Counted from the first letter of the stretch, positions 27,747 to 40,482 are shown. The stretch is 64,000 bases of DNA from Candidatus Multivoradales bacterium (GCA_965223855.1 CBDCXM010000009.1:2272001-2336000), one strand, 5' to 3'. The notes: generated by a model not told the origin, from the sequence alone. Numbers and translations: made by a program.

Positions 27747-29427
27747 CCGTGCCTCCCGTATGTTTCGAATCTCGTCCCGTCGCAGCAGGTTGGCGGCGCT
27801 GTTCATGCTGACCCTGGCCCTGCCGACCCTGGCGCTGCTGGCTGCGACGCCGGCGGTCGCTCAGGAGAGTGCAGGCGATCTGATCGACGACCTGCAGCGC
27901 TACTTCACCGTGCTGCCGCTGAGCGACGGCATGCTGCTTCAGCCGCTCGACCAGGAATCGAGCCCGAGGACGGTCGAGGTTTCCGATGCCGGCATCGCGC
28001 TCGACGGCGCTCCGGCCGGCGACGACGAGGTCCGAGTTCGTCTCGGCGAGGCCGCTCCCGTGGTGCTCGCCGCAGCTCGCCTCGATGGTGCAGGGCGGGC
28101 CGAACTGCTGGCGCTGGCGCTCGGTCTGGCGACTGCCGAGGACGACGTTGCCGAGGACGCAGCTGCCGAGGACCCGGCCACCGACGATCCTGAGATCGAG
28201 GATGAAGACGCGGCCGACGCCGAGGCGGCCGACGAAGAGAATTCGCTCGTGGTTTCCGACGACGCCATCGACGAGGACGCGGAGAAGAGGGAAAGCCGGC
28301 GTCGCCGTCGCCGCTCCTCGAGCGGTGACACCGAGATCGTCGTCGGCAGCAATCGCACGATCGAGAGCGACGAGATCGTCGAGAACGTCGCCCTCTTCGG
28401 CGGCTACCTGAAGATTCTCGGCCGGGTCGAAGGTGACGCGGCGGTGGTCGGAGGGAGCGTGACCGTCGAAGGCGAGGTCACCGGCGACGTGACCGCTGTG
28501 GGCGGCGTCGTGAGGCTCCTCGACGGTGCGCACGTCATGGGCGACGTGGCGAGCGTCGGCGGTGAGGTCTACCAGGACGACGGAGCCCGCGTCGACGGCG
28601 ACATCGAAGACGTCAGCGTGCACACGAACTTCAACTTCGTTCCCTGGACCAACTGGCGCGACTGGGATCACTACCGCTTCGAGCACTCCTTCAGCCCGTG
28701 GGGCTGGTGGCGCGGGCTCGGCTGGAAGCTGGTGCGGATCCTCTTCCTCGGGGTGCTCGCCTGGCTCAGTCTGCTGGTCTTCCGCCGGCCGATCGGTCGC
28801 ATGGAAGAGCGCCTCGAGGCCGAGCCGTGGAAGTGCGGGCTCGTCGGTCTCCTGGCCGTCGCCCTGTTCGTGCCGATCGTCGTTCTGCTGTGTCTCTTCC
28901 TCGCAGTGTCGATCATCGGCATTCCGCTTCTGATCGTCGTCCCGTTCGGAGTGCTGGCCGCCGTCGTGGTCGCCTGGCTCGGTTTCGTTGCCGTCGCGGC
29001 CAGGATCGGCGAGGCACTCGAGAAGAAGTTCTCCTGGCAGCTCGGGAGCCCCTTCTGGGTGGTGCTGCTGGGGCTCGTCGCGGTGCTCTCGCTGTCGCTC
29101 GTCGGCGATCTCCTCAACTTCGGAGTGGCGCCGCTGCGCTTCATCGCCGGCATGTTCCTGTTCTTCGGCGGAGTGGTCTGGTTCGCGTCCTGGGTGCTCG
29201 GCACCGGAGCGGCGGTCCTGACCCGCTTCGGTACCTCGGAGACCTGGAATCGCGCCGAGGAGTGGAGCGCGCCGTTGCCGCCTGTACCCGCATCGGACGC
29301 CTCCGCAGACGGAGTCGACGAGGGTGACGAGAGCGCGGACCCGGTGTGGGACGAGAGTCCGTTCGACGACGGGGACGACGAGAGCGAAGCCGACACCGAC
29401 GAGGATCGGGACCGAGAGACAGAATAG
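27739..29427 (+). CDS. Membrane protein with bactofilin-like (polymer-forming) beta-helix repeats and C-terminal TM bundle
   Basis: Signal peptide, repeated G.V.GD...VGG.V units, about 5 TM helices, acidic tail. Confidence 0.72.
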   Translation: MADRASRMFRISSRRSRLAALFMLTLALPTLALLAATPAVAQESAGDLIDDLQRYFTVLPLSDGMLLQPLDQESSPRTVEVSDAGIALDGAPAGDDEVRVRLGEAAPVVLAAARLDGAGRAELLALALGLATAEDDVAEDAAAEDPATDDPEIEDEDAADAEAADEENSLVVSDDAIDEDAEKRESRRRRRRSSSGDTEIVVGSNRTIESDEIVENVALFGGYLKILGRVEGDAAVVGGSVTVEGEVTGDVTAVGGVVRLLDGAHVMGDVASVGGEVYQDDGARVDGDIEDVSVHTNFNFVPWTNWRDWDHYRFEHSFSPWGWWRGLGWKLVRILFLGVLAWLSLLVFRRPIGRMEERLEAEPWKCGLVGLLAVALFVPIVVLLCLFLAVSIIGIPLLIVVPFGVLAAVVVAWLGFVAVAARIGEALEKKFSWQLGSPFWVVLLGLVAVLSLSLVGDLLNFGVAPLRFIAGMFLFFGGVVWFASWVLGTGAAVLTRFGTSETWNRAEEWSAPLPPVPASDASADGVDEGDESADPVWDESPFDDGDDESEADTDEDRDRETE

Positions 29428-29529
29428 GTTCGGGCCGGCCGGGGTCGCGGCCGGTTGCTCGGCCGGACCCTCGTGCGGGCTTCTCGCGTCAGCGGGAGGT
29501 CCGGCTGAGTGTGCCAAAATGGCCGGATC

Positions 29530-30963
29530 GTGAGAGACGCAGCGGAAGCTCCCACCATCCTCGTCATCGACGACGAGACCGGATCGCGCGAGTCGATGGC
29601 GCTCGCCGTCGAGAAGATCGGCGTCGGTGTCCGGACCTTCGACGACGCCCGCGAGGCGCTCGCCCATCTTGACGCCACTCCCGGAGCGGCGATCGCAATC
29701 TGCGATCTGCGGATGCCGGAGATGGACGGTATCGGCTTCCTCCAGGCGGTGCGAGAGCGGGAGCTCGACCTCGGCGTGATCCTCGTTACCGGCTTCGGCT
29801 CGATCGAGTCGGCGGTCGAGGCGATGCAGGTCGGCGCCGACGACTACCTCACCAAGCCGATCGACCTCTACGAGCTGCGCAAGCGGGTGATGAACCTGCT
29901 CGAGAACCGGCAGCTCAAGGAAGAGGTGACGAGCCTCAAGCGGATGCTCGACAAACGCTACGGCTTCGACTCGATCATCGGCCACTCGGCGGGGATGGAG
30001 ACGCTCTTCGAGCAGATGAACCTCGTCGCGCCGACGCGCTCGACCGTGCTCGTCACCGGCGAGAGCGGCACCGGCAAGGAACTGGTCGCGAACGCTCTCC
30101 ACCGGGCGAGCCCGCGGCGCGACGACCGCTTCCTGGCGATCAACTGCGGCGCGATCCCGGCGGACATTCTCGAGAGCGAGCTCTTCGGTCACGAGAAGGG
30201 GTCCTTCACCGGGGCCACCGGTCGCAAGATCGGCAAGTTCGAGCTCGCCCACCAGGGGACCCTCTTCCTCGATGAGATCAGCGAGCTCTATCCGGAGCTC
30301 CAGGTCAAGCTGCTACGGGTTCTCGAGGAGCGCAGCGTGATGCGGGTCGGCGGCAGCGAGCAGATCGACGTCGATTTCCGCCTGATCGCGGCGACCAACC
30401 GCAACCTCGAGCAGGAGGTCGCGGAGGGCCGCTTCCGGGAGGATCTGTTCTACCGGCTCAAGGTCGTGACGCTACGGATCCCGGCGTTGCGGGAGCGTCC
30501 CGACGACGTGCCGCTGCTGGCCGAGCACTTCCTCCAGCGCTACTGCGAGGAACACGGCAGGGAGCCCAAGCGTCTCAGCCCCGACGCGCTCGACATTCTC
30601 CAGTCAGCCGCCTGGCCGGGCAACGTGCGGGAGCTCAAGAACCTGATGGAGTCGGTGGTGATCTTCCATCAGGGGGAGGTGATCGAGCGCGCGGATCTGC
30701 CGGCCGACCTTCGCATGGCGGCGCCGCCGGACGGGGCGGGCAGGATTCAGGGCGCCGACGGCCCGGTGCGGACGATGGCCGAGATCGAGCGCCAGGCGAT
30801 TCTCGAGACGCTGGAGGTGTTCGGCGGCCATCGCGCCAACACCGCCAGGGCGCTCGGAATCGGGCTGCGGACGCTGCAGCGAAAGCTCAAGGAGTACCGG
30901 CGCGACGACGCCTCCGAGGCGGAGACCGCCGCCGGGCCGGCCACGGTCGAAGCGCCCGCCTGA
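29530..30963 (+). CDS. Sigma54-dependent response regulator (NtrC family)
   Basis: Receiver domain (IDDE, CDLRMP, KP), [31 protein letters not shown] and Fis-type HTH. Confidence 0.95.
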   Translation: MRDAAEAPTILVIDDETGSRESMALAVEKIGVGVRTFDDAREALAHLDATPGAAIAICDLRMPEMDGIGFLQAVRERELDLGVILVTGFGSIESAVEAMQVGADDYLTKPIDLYELRKRVMNLLENRQLKEEVTSLKRMLDKRYGFDSIIGHSAGMETLFEQMNLVAPTRSTVLVTGESGTGKELVANALHRASPRRDDRFLAINCGAIPADILESELFGHEKGSFTGATGRKIGKFELAHQGTLFLDEISELYPELQVKLLRVLEERSVMRVGGSEQIDVDFRLIAATNRNLEQEVAEGRFREDLFYRLKVVTLRIPALRERPDDVPLLAEHFLQRYCEEHGREPKRLSPDALDILQSAAWPGNVRELKNLMESVVIFHQGEVIERADLPADLRMAAPPDGAGRIQGADGPVRTMAEIERQAILETLEVFGGHRANTARALGIGLRTLQRKLKEYRRDDASEAETAAGPATVEAPA

Positions 30964-30969
30964 CCTCCG

Positions 30970-31698
30970 CTACCCGGCGATCGCCGAGCGCATCTCGCGC
31001 ACCGCGGCGTCGATACCGACGAGCACCGCCCGCGCGACGAGGGCGTGGCCGATGTTGAGTTCGACGATCGGCTCGAGCGCCGCTATCGGACCGACGCTGT
31101 CGACGGTGAGGCCGTGGCCGGCGTAGACCTCGAAGCCTATTCCCGCCAGGGAGTCGGCGGTGGCGGCCACCGATTCCAGTTCACCGGCGGCCCCGGATTC
31201 GTTGCGGCGATGGGCGGCGGTGTAGCGGTCGGTGTTGATCTCCACCCCTGCGAGCCTCCCGGCCAGGGGAGCGAGCGCCTCCACCTGGCGCCGGTCTGGA
31301 TCGAGGAAGATCGAGGTGCCGATGCCGCTGCCGGCGAGCTGGTCGAGGGCGCGCTCGACGTCGTGGAGGCGCGCGGCGACGTCGAGACCCCCTTCGGTCG
31401 TCACCTCCTCCGGGCGTTCCGGGACGAGCGTCACCTGGTCGGGGCCGAGCCGCTTCGCCAACGCCAGCATCTCCCCGGTGGTGGCAATCTCGAGGTTGAG
31501 CTTGGCGTCGAACGCGGCTCGCAGCCGTTCGACGTCGGCGTCCTGGATGTGGCGTCGATCGCCCCGCAGGTGGACGGTGATGCCGTCGGCGCCGGCCGCC
31601 AGAGCCAGTCGTGCCGCCTCCACCGGGTCCGGGTAGTCGACACCGCGGGCCTCGCGCACGGTGGCGACGTGGTCGATGTTGACCGACAGGAGCGTCAT
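30970..31698 (-). CDS. pdxJ: Pyridoxine 5'-phosphate synthase
   Basis: LSVNIDHVATVREAR, ITVHLRGDRRHI, TTEGG, AGHGL and NIGH motifs. Confidence 0.95.
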   Translation of the reverse strand: MTLLSVNIDHVATVREARGVDYPDPVEAARLALAAGADGITVHLRGDRRHIQDADVERLRAAFDAKLNLEIATTGEMLALAKRLGPDQVTLVPERPEEVTTEGGLDVAARLHDVERALDQLAGSGIGTSIFLDPDRRQVEALAPLAGRLAGVEINTDRYTAAHRRNESGAAGELESVAATADSLAGIGFEVYAGHGLTVDSVGPIAALEPIVELNIGHALVARAVLVGIDAAVREMRSAIAG

Positions 31699-33080
31699 GC
31701 GGCTCCCTCGGCGCCGGCGGTGGGGATCGACCGGTCGATCGCCGCGAGAATCTCGTCCGCCAGCTCCTCGATCATCTCCTGCTCCGGTCCCTCGATCATC
31801 ACTCTCGCCAGCGGCTCGGTGCCGCTGTAGCGCAGCACGATCCGGCCGTCGTCGCCGAGGGCTCGCCGGGCCCGATCGACGGCGTCGACGACGGCGGGGA
31901 GTGAGTCGAGCGGCGGCTTGCTCACCACCTCGAGGTTCTTGAGGATCTGCGGAAAGGTCTCGAAGCCCTCGAGCAGAGCGTCGAGCCCCCCGGGCGAGGC
32001 GGCGACACGCGTCGCCACCTGAATCGCCGTCAACAGGCCGTCGCCGGTCGTGCCGAGGCCGAGGTGCACGATGTGCCCAGACTGCTCTCCGCCGAGGGTC
32101 AGGCCCCGCTCGCGGAGCGTCTCGACGACGACCCGATCGCCGACGTCGCAGCGAACGACTTCGATCCCGTCGCGACGGAGTGCCTTCTCGAGGCCGAGGT
32201 TGCTCATCGAAGTCGCGACGATCTCCATCGGGTCGAGGTCGCCGGAGGCGGCGAGCGCGCGTGCCCACAGGTAGAGCACCGCGTCGCCGTCGACGAGCTC
32301 TCCCGACGGCGCGACGAACAGCGCCCGGTCGGCGTCGCCGTCGAAGGCGACACCGAGGTCGTAGGAGCCCTCCGCCACGAGGCTCTGGAGCGTGCCGGGG
32401 TGCGTAGAGCCGCAGTCGAAGTTGATGTTGCGGCCGTCGGGCGCATCGGCCATCACCGTCACGTCGGCCCCGAGCGAGGTCAGGAGCTCTGCGGCCCACG
32501 GGCTCGCAGCGCCGTTGGCGCAGTCGACGGCGAGCCTCAGCCCGGCGAGGCGCTCGGGGGTGTCGATCGATGTGCCGAGCGACGAGAGATAGCTCGAGAC
32601 CCACTCCTGGTCCGCCGTCAGGGTGGGGGAGGGATGCACCTCGTTGGCCACCGACGGTGTCGCTCTCAGCCTCTCTTCCAGGCGGCGCTCGAAGCGGGCT
32701 TCGCGCTCGCGCGACCATTTGAAGCCGTCGTCGCCGACCAGCTTGAGGCCGTTGTCCTGCCACGGGTTGTGGCTCGCCGAGACCGCCACGCCGTCACATC
32801 CCAGGGCGCGAGCCGCCCAGGCGACCGCCGGTGTCGGCACGGTGCCGAGGAACAGAAGCTCGCACTCCGCGGCAGCGATGCCGGCGGCGAGCCAGCTCGC
32901 CAGCAGAGGGGTGCTCTCACGCGTGTCGCCGCCGACGACCACCCGCCGCGACCGGTCCTCTTCCACCAGCATCCGGCCGAGCTCGAGACCGAAGACGGTG
33001 ACGGTCGAGCGATCGAGAGGCGGGTCGCCGAAAGGCCCGCGGAGGCCGTCAGTTCCGAACCGGAGCTGCGTCTTCGTCAT
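31695..33080 (-). CDS. glmM: Phosphoglucosamine mutase
   Basis: FGTDGLRG, SASHNP, DGDADR, GGEQSGH and RYSGTEP motifs. Confidence 0.95.
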   Translation of the reverse strand: MTKTQLRFGTDGLRGPFGDPPLDRSTVTVFGLELGRMLVEEDRSRRVVVGGDTRESTPLLASWLAAGIAAAECELLFLGTVPTPAVAWAARALGCDGVAVSASHNPWQDNGLKLVGDDGFKWSREREARFERRLEERLRATPSVANEVHPSPTLTADQEWVSSYLSSLGTSIDTPERLAGLRLAVDCANGAASPWAAELLTSLGADVTVMADAPDGRNINFDCGSTHPGTLQSLVAEGSYDLGVAFDGDADRALFVAPSGELVDGDAVLYLWARALAASGDLDPMEIVATSMSNLGLEKALRRDGIEVVRCDVGDRVVVETLRERGLTLGGEQSGHIVHLGLGTTGDGLLTAIQVATRVAASPGGLDALLEGFETFPQILKNLEVVSKPPLDSLPAVVDAVDRARRALGDDGRIVLRYSGTEPLARVMIEGPEQEMIEELADEILAAIDRSIPTAGAEGAA

Positions 33081-33732
33081 CGGGCTCGACGTTGGGGATG
33101 GCGAGTTCGACCCGCACTTCGACGGTCGTCGGCGCCTGAATCGAGATCAGCGGCTCGGGCGGCCGCACCGCCACCTCCTCGCGGAAGTCGCGGGCGTGGC
33201 CGTTGAGGCTGATCGGTAGCGTCTGTACCGTCTCGAGCAGCTCGAGTCGTGAGGCCGGTCCCTCCACCAGCGTCGTGTTGGGTACGACGCGCCAGCCGAG
33301 CACCTGTGCCCCCGCCGCCGGTTCGCCGGCGAGCTCCGGCTCCACCTGCACGAACTTCGTGACCTGCCGGTCCATCGTCACCTCGATGACGTTCGGCTCG
33401 ACCGACACCAGCTCCAGACCTTCGGGGAGGATGATCTGGTCCTCGCCGATGGCGATCTGGTGAAGCCCCTCCTCCTCGGGCAGGTCGATGACGACGTCGA
33501 CGAGCGGCGAGGTGAGGCTGCGGATCTTGCTCTGCGGCCCGCGGGCGCCGACCCGGACGGACTCGACCCGCTGCAGCAGCAGGTAGTCGGGCGGAGTGTC
33601 GTAGTTGAGCGCCGCCTCGACGACCCGCTCCGACTGCGGCTCGCGCTTCTCGCCGCTGAAGGCGAACCAGGCGAGGCCGGCGAGCGCGAGCGCCAGCAGC
33701 CTCAGCCCCCACCGGCTGGCGACTTCGTTCAT
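33049..33732 (-). CDS. CdaR/YbbR-like regulator of diadenylate cyclase
   Basis: N-terminal TM plus two YbbR-like beta domains, between cdaA and glmM. Confidence 0.82.
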   Translation of the reverse strand: MNEVASRWGLRLLALALAGLAWFAFSGEKREPQSERVVEAALNYDTPPDYLLLQRVESVRVGARGPQSKIRSLTSPLVDVVIDLPEEEGLHQIAIGEDQIILPEGLELVSVEPNVIEVTMDRQVTKFVQVEPELAGEPAAGAQVLGWRVVPNTTLVEGPASRLELLETVQTLPISLNGHARDFREEVAVRPPEPLISIQAPTTVEVRVELAIPNVEPDDEDAAPVRN

Positions 33733-34517
33733 TCCGGTCTCCCGATCTGCAGGTTCACGTCTCGAATGAGGTACTGATAGAGCTTGTTGCGCAGGCCTCG
33801 CGCATCGAGCCCCTGGAGCAGCTGGCCGCCGAGGGCGATCGAGATGCCGCCCGTCTCCTCGGAGACGACGACGGCCAGAGCATCGGTCTCCTCGGTGATG
33901 CCGACCGCGGCCCGGTGGCGGGTACCGAGCTTCTTGCTGAGGCTGGTGCGAGAGGTCAGCGGCAGAAAGCAGCTCGCCGCGGCGATCCGGTCCTGCTGCA
34001 CGATGGCGGCGCCGTCATGGAGCGGCGTGTCGGGGGAGAAGAGGTTGGTCAGCAGAGAGTGGCTGACCCGGGCGTCGATCTCGACCCCGTTCTCGATGTA
34101 GTCGCGCAGCCCCTGCAGCCGCTGCAGCACGATCAGCGCGCCGGTGCGGGAAGCCGCCAGCGCCGAGGCGGCGAGTTCGACCTCCTCGATCGTCGACTGC
34201 ACCTTGGTCTGGGTACCGAATCCCCACAGCGGGTTGCGGCCGAAGTTCGCCAGCGCCCGCCGGATCTCCTGCTGGAAAAGAACGATGATCGCCAGCGGCA
34301 GCAGGGTGAGGAAGCGCGACAGGAGCGACTGCAGGGTGACCAGCTCGAAAAGGCCCGCGACGTACCAGACGCCGCCGAGGAACAGGATGCCGAGGAGCAC
34401 CTGCACCGCCCTGGTGCCGCGGATGAGGATCAGGAGGTAGTAGATCGCGATGGCGACGAGCAGGATGTCGACGACGTCGCGCCAAGTGACGAGCTCGCTC
34501 CAGGCACCGAGGTTCAT
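33729..34517 (-). CDS. cdaA: Diadenylate cyclase
   Basis: Three TM helices, FQQEIRRAL, PLHDGA, GTRHRAA and VVSEETG motifs. Confidence 0.95.
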   Translation of the reverse strand: MNLGAWSELVTWRDVVDILLVAIAIYYLLILIRGTRAVQVLLGILFLGGVWYVAGLFELVTLQSLLSRFLTLLPLAIIVLFQQEIRRALANFGRNPLWGFGTQTKVQSTIEEVELAASALAASRTGALIVLQRLQGLRDYIENGVEIDARVSHSLLTNLFSPDTPLHDGAAIVQQDRIAAASCFLPLTSRTSLSKKLGTRHRAAVGITEETDALAVVVSEETGGISIALGGQLLQGLDARGLRNKLYQYLIRDVNLQIGRPE

Positions 34518-35470
34518 GCGCCGTCTCCCTCGCGCCCTTCGAGCGCTCGCCAGACGTCGAGCAGCTGCCGCGTGGCCGCCACGTCGTGCACCCGCAGGAT
34601 CTCGGCTCGGTGCCGGGCGGCCCACGCCGCGATGGCGAGACTCGCCGGCAGCCGATCTTCCACCGCCGCACCCGTCACGGCGCCGAGGAAGCTCTTGCGG
34701 CTCGCTCCGACCATCACCGGTCCGAGCCGCCGCAGCGCCGGAAGCTCGGCGAGCAGGCGCAGATCGAACTCCGGGGTCTTGCCGAACCCGATCCCCGGAT
34801 CGACGACGATCCGGTCTCTCGCGATACCTGCGGCGAGCGCCCGCTCGACTGCGGCCTGGAGTTCGGCGCACACCTCCGTGACGACGTCGTCGAAGGCGAT
34901 CTCCTTCTGCATCGTCGCCAGGTGTCCCCGGCTGTGCATCAGCACCACCGGGCAGCCGGCGCCCGCCACCACCTCGGCCATGCCGGGATCGGAGAGTGCG
35001 CTGACGTCGTTGACGAGGTCGGCTCCCGAATCGAGCGCCCGTCGAGCGGTCTCCGCCTTGCGGGTATCGACGCTCAGCGCCGCGTCGGTGTGCTGACGCA
35101 GAGCGTCGAGCACCGGAGCGAGCCGCCGCCACTCCTCGGCGGCGTCGACATCGCTCGCACCGTCGCCGTAGACCCCGCCGCCCGGCCTCGTCGACTCCGC
35201 TCCGAGATCGAGAGCGTCGGCGCCCTCCTCGAGGAGCCTCAGCCCCTGCTCGACCGCCCGGTCCGCCTCGAGGTAGCGCCCTCCGTCGGAGAACGAGTCC
35301 GGCGTGATGTTGACGACGCCGAAGACGAGGGGGGTGCCGCCGAAGGCGAGGTGGCGACCGCCGCGCAGCGCGAGTCCAGGGGCGGTCGGCCCGCCGGCAG
35401 CGCTGGTGCTCCCGGCGGCCTCCGCTCCCACTCCCGTCACCGCCCTTTCGAGCGCCGCCTCACTCTGCAC
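34514..35470 (-). CDS. folP: Dihydropteroate synthase
   Basis: NITPDSFSDGG, ESTRPG, DPGIGFGK, SRKSF and RVHDV motifs. Confidence 0.96.
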   Translation of the reverse strand: MQSEAALERAVTGVGAEAAGSTSAAGGPTAPGLALRGGRHLAFGGTPLVFGVVNITPDSFSDGGRYLEADRAVEQGLRLLEEGADALDLGAESTRPGGGVYGDGASDVDAAEEWRRLAPVLDALRQHTDAALSVDTRKAETARRALDSGADLVNDVSALSDPGMAEVVAGAGCPVVLMHSRGHLATMQKEIAFDDVVTEVCAELQAAVERALAAGIARDRIVVDPGIGFGKTPEFDLRLLAELPALRRLGPVMVGASRKSFLGAVTGAAVEDRLPASLAIAAWAARHRAEILRVHDVAATRQLLDVWRALEGREGDGA

Positions 35471-35474
35471 CGGG

Positions 35475-37441
<1,967 letters not shown>

Positions 37442-37445
<4 letters not shown>

Positions 37446-39022
37446 GGTGCTGTCCTTGGGGGATTCAGGTCGTTGCTCGGGGTGGAGGAGGGTGACGGCG
37501 CGCTCGAGGGCGTCAACAGCTCGGCGACCCAGAAACGCTGCTCGTTCTCTTGTCCGTCGCCGGCGTTCGTTCGGATTCGGCGGCGATCGTCGATCGTGAC
37601 TCCCGGAACCCAGGCGACACGATCCTCGACGATCAACAGCGGCAGGGCGTCCCGGTCTTCCCGCGGGAAGCGACGGTCGATCAGCACGTCCTTGAGCTTG
37701 CGCTCGTAGGAGCAGCCGAGGGGACGGATCCGGTCTCCGGGTCTTCGATTGCGAATCTGCACGACATCACCTTCCACCAGGGGAAGTTCCAGGGCGGCTC
37801 GGGTCCGCGAGCCCTCGAACATCCATGGCTCGCGAGGCCGCCTGGTGATGCGCATCACCTTCCCGATCTCGGGAATCGAGACCTCCCCCGGCACCGCTAG
37901 TCTACAGGAGAAGGGGATCGGCTCTCCGGCGCGCCCGGCCGGCGCCCGGACCAGCCTCAGCCGCGGTTCGAGCCGCCCCTCGAGCCCGGCTCCGGCCCCC
38001 TGCTCGACCTCCCATCTCCAGCCGTCGCCGCAGTCACATCCGACCACCTCGTCTCTCGACAGCTGGCGCTCCAGCTCGGCCACCGCGTCCCTGCGAGGGG
38101 CCGGGCCGGCTCCGGCGGCGCGGTGCAGCCGGGCGAGCGCCCAGGTGCGGAGCGGCGAGGGCAGGGCACGCCAACCTTCGAGCCCGAAATCGGCTCCGCC
38201 GTCCGTGGCCTGCACGGGGAGCCGCTCCTCGAGAAGGCGATCCACCTTGCGGGAAGCGGCGCGAGCGAGGCGGGCGATCCGTGCGAGCCGGTCGAGCCCC
38301 GGCCTCTTCATTTCGAGACCGGGCGTTTCGAAACCGGGCGCTTCGGAACCGGACTCCGCCGCCTCCAGAGCCGGCCGCAGCCGCTCGCGAACGAGGTTGC
38401 GCGGCCGCCTCAGGTCGGCGTTGCCGGGGTCGTCGATCGCTTCGAGGCCGCCCTCCTCGACCAGTGCGAGAAGGTGGCGACGGGGCCGGTCCAGCAGCGG
38501 CCGCACGATCCGACCGCGCACCGCTGCCATCGCACCGATACCGGCGAGGCCGGAGCCGTAGAGCAGACGCAGCAGCACGGTCTCGACCTGGTCGTCGCGG
38601 TGGTGGGCGACGGCGATCCAGCGCGCGTCGAAGCGCTGCCGGCAGGCTTCGAGGAACTCGTAGCGTTGCCGCCGCCACCAGGCCTCGAGGCCTTCGCTCC
38701 GCGCATCGGTCGATGGCCGGTCGAGGCGCTCGCTCACGAAGGTGACGCCGCAGGCAGCGGCCAGGCGCTCGGCCCTGTGCATGCGGCTGGAGGAGCCCTC
38801 GTCGCCCCCGTGGTCGAGGTGCGCGGCGATCGGGACGAGCGGCAGCCGCTGCGACGCCCGAGTGAGCGCCAGCAGCAGCGCCAGCGAGTCCGGGCCGCCC
38901 GAGAAGCCGACGACGACCGGCGTCGTGCCGGACGGCGTCGTTCCAGGCGATCGCAGCAGGCGCGAGAAGAAACGCTCCACGGCAGCGACCAGGTCGTCGG
39001 TCGAGCGTCGCTGCGCGATCAT
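37442..39022 (-). CDS. tilS: tRNA(Ile)-lysidine synthetase
   Basis: [24 protein letters not shown] and C-terminal RRPGDRI motifs. Confidence 0.93.
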
Positions 39023-39042
39023 CGCCGCGGGGACTGTCGATT

Positions 39043-39119
39043 TGGTGGCGGTGAAGGGACTTGAACCCCTGACCTAGCGGTTATGAGCCGCTCGCTCTAA
39101 CCACCTGAGCTACACCGCC
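39043..39119 (-). tRNA. tRNA with CAT anticodon, most likely elongator tRNA-Met
   Basis: GGCGGTG/CACCGCC acceptor stem, AGCGG-CTCATAA-CCGCT anticodon arm, TTCAAGT loop, encoded CCA. Confidence 0.92.
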
Positions 39120-39250
39120 GTGGAAGGGCCGCGCGGCTTCGGGGCCGCCGCGGCGGGGCGAAGTATAGACGTTCCGTCGTCGAAAGCGTAGCGGCCCGGG
39201 GGCCCTCTCCCAAGCCCCCGACCGCACCGGCCTTCGAAGGAACGCGGCGT

Positions 39251-39565
39251 CTAGCCGAGCTTGCCGTCGAAGTGGCTGAACTCGCCGAAGAAGCGCTTGG
39301 CGGAGTAGGCCATCGCCTCCGGATTGAGCGAATAGATGACCTGCTGGCCACGCCGCTCGTCGATGACGAGGTTGGCCTCCTTGAGAACGGAGAGGTGGCG
39401 CGAGATCGTCGGCTGCGCGAGCCCGAAGTTGCTCACGATCTCGCCGACGCTGTGCTCTCCGCGCTCGAGGATCTGCAGGATGTTGCGGCGCGTCTCGTCG
39501 GAGAGAGCCTTGAAAAATTTGTTGAGCTCGCGACCCAGTTGGCGGGCCTGCATGTTGTCCCTCAT
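39251..39565 (-). CDS. ArsR/SmtB family transcriptional regulator
   Basis: FKALSDETRRNIL, QPTISRHLSVLKEANLV and RRGQ.V.Y motifs. Confidence 0.92.
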   Translation of the reverse strand: MRDNMQARQLGRELNKFFKALSDETRRNILQILERGEHSVGEIVSNFGLAQPTISRHLSVLKEANLVIDERRGQQVIYSLNPEAMAYSAKRFFGEFSHFDGKLG

Positions 39566-39665
39566 GGTCTTGACGGTCCTCTTGGTAGGTGGAGCGTGAA
39601 CGATGTCCGGCCAGGAGCCCCCTGGACCGGAGCGCCCGTGCGGGCTTATCTACAGTTGTCTGTGG

Positions 39666-39681
39666 AGCAAAGTGCGTGCCA
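39666..39681 (-). promoter_or_regulatory. Sigma54 (-24/-12) promoter upstream of the ArsR gene
   Basis: Minus strand TGGCACGCACTTTGCT matches TGGCAC-N5-TTGCW. Confidence 0.75.
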
Positions 39682-39876
39682 CTCCTGAATCCGATCGGCA
39701 GAAGTCACGATCTGCGGAGCAGCCCGCCCCGAGGGTGCACCTCGGGGCGCCGCCGGGAGGAAGGGAGCAGTCAAGAACGGCGGAAGCGCCGAAAATGCGG
39801 TGGTTCTTCTGAAATAACGGCGGTTTCCGCCGATCTTGAGCCGCTCAGGGCGCCGATTTCGGGCGCCGGGGCGCTT

Positions 39877-40482
39877 TCAGGTCGCGTCGGCGAAGCGCCG
39901 GGACACCGCTTCCCAGTCGACCACCTCGAACCACGCCGAGACGTAGTCCGGCCGACGGTTCTGATAGTGGAGGTAATAGGCGTGTTCCCAGACATCGAGT
40001 CCGAGAATCGGACGGTTTCCGTCCATCACGGGGGTGTCCTGGTTCGGCGTGGACGAAACTTCGAGGGTGCCGTCGCCCGTCACGCTCAGCCAGGCCCAGC
40101 CGGAGCCGAAGCGGGTCGCGGCCGCCTTGGCGAAGCTCTCGCGGAAGGCATCGAAGCCGCCGAGGTCGCGATCGATGGCGGCGGCGAGATCACCACTCGG
40201 AGTTCCGCCGCCGTTCGGGCTCATGATCTGCCAGAAGAGCGAGTGGTTGGCGTGCCCGCCGCCGTTGTTGCGAACGGCGGTCCGGATCGACTCCGGCAGG
40301 GAGTCGAGGTTCGCGAGCAGCTCGTCGAGCGGCAGGTTCGCGGCGTCGTGCCCGTCGAGCGCGTTGTTCAGGTTGGCGACGTAGGCGGCGTGGTGCTTGC
40401 CGTGGTGGATCTCCATCGTACGCGCGTCGATGTGCGGCTCGAGGGCGTCGTGGGCGTAGGGAAGGTCGGGTAGCTGATGCAT
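39877..40482 (-). CDS. sodA: Superoxide dismutase, Mn-type signature
   Basis: [18 protein letters not shown] and DVWEHAYY motifs. Confidence 0.95.
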   Translation of the reverse strand: MHQLPDLPYAHDALEPHIDARTMEIHHGKHHAAYVANLNNALDGHDAANLPLDELLANLDSLPESIRTAVRNNGGGHANHSLFWQIMSPNGGGTPSGDLAAAIDRDLGGFDAFRESFAKAAATRFGSGWAWLSVTGDGTLEVSSTPNQDTPVMDGNRPILGLDVWEHAYYLHYQNRRPDYVSAWFEVVDWEAVSRRFADAT

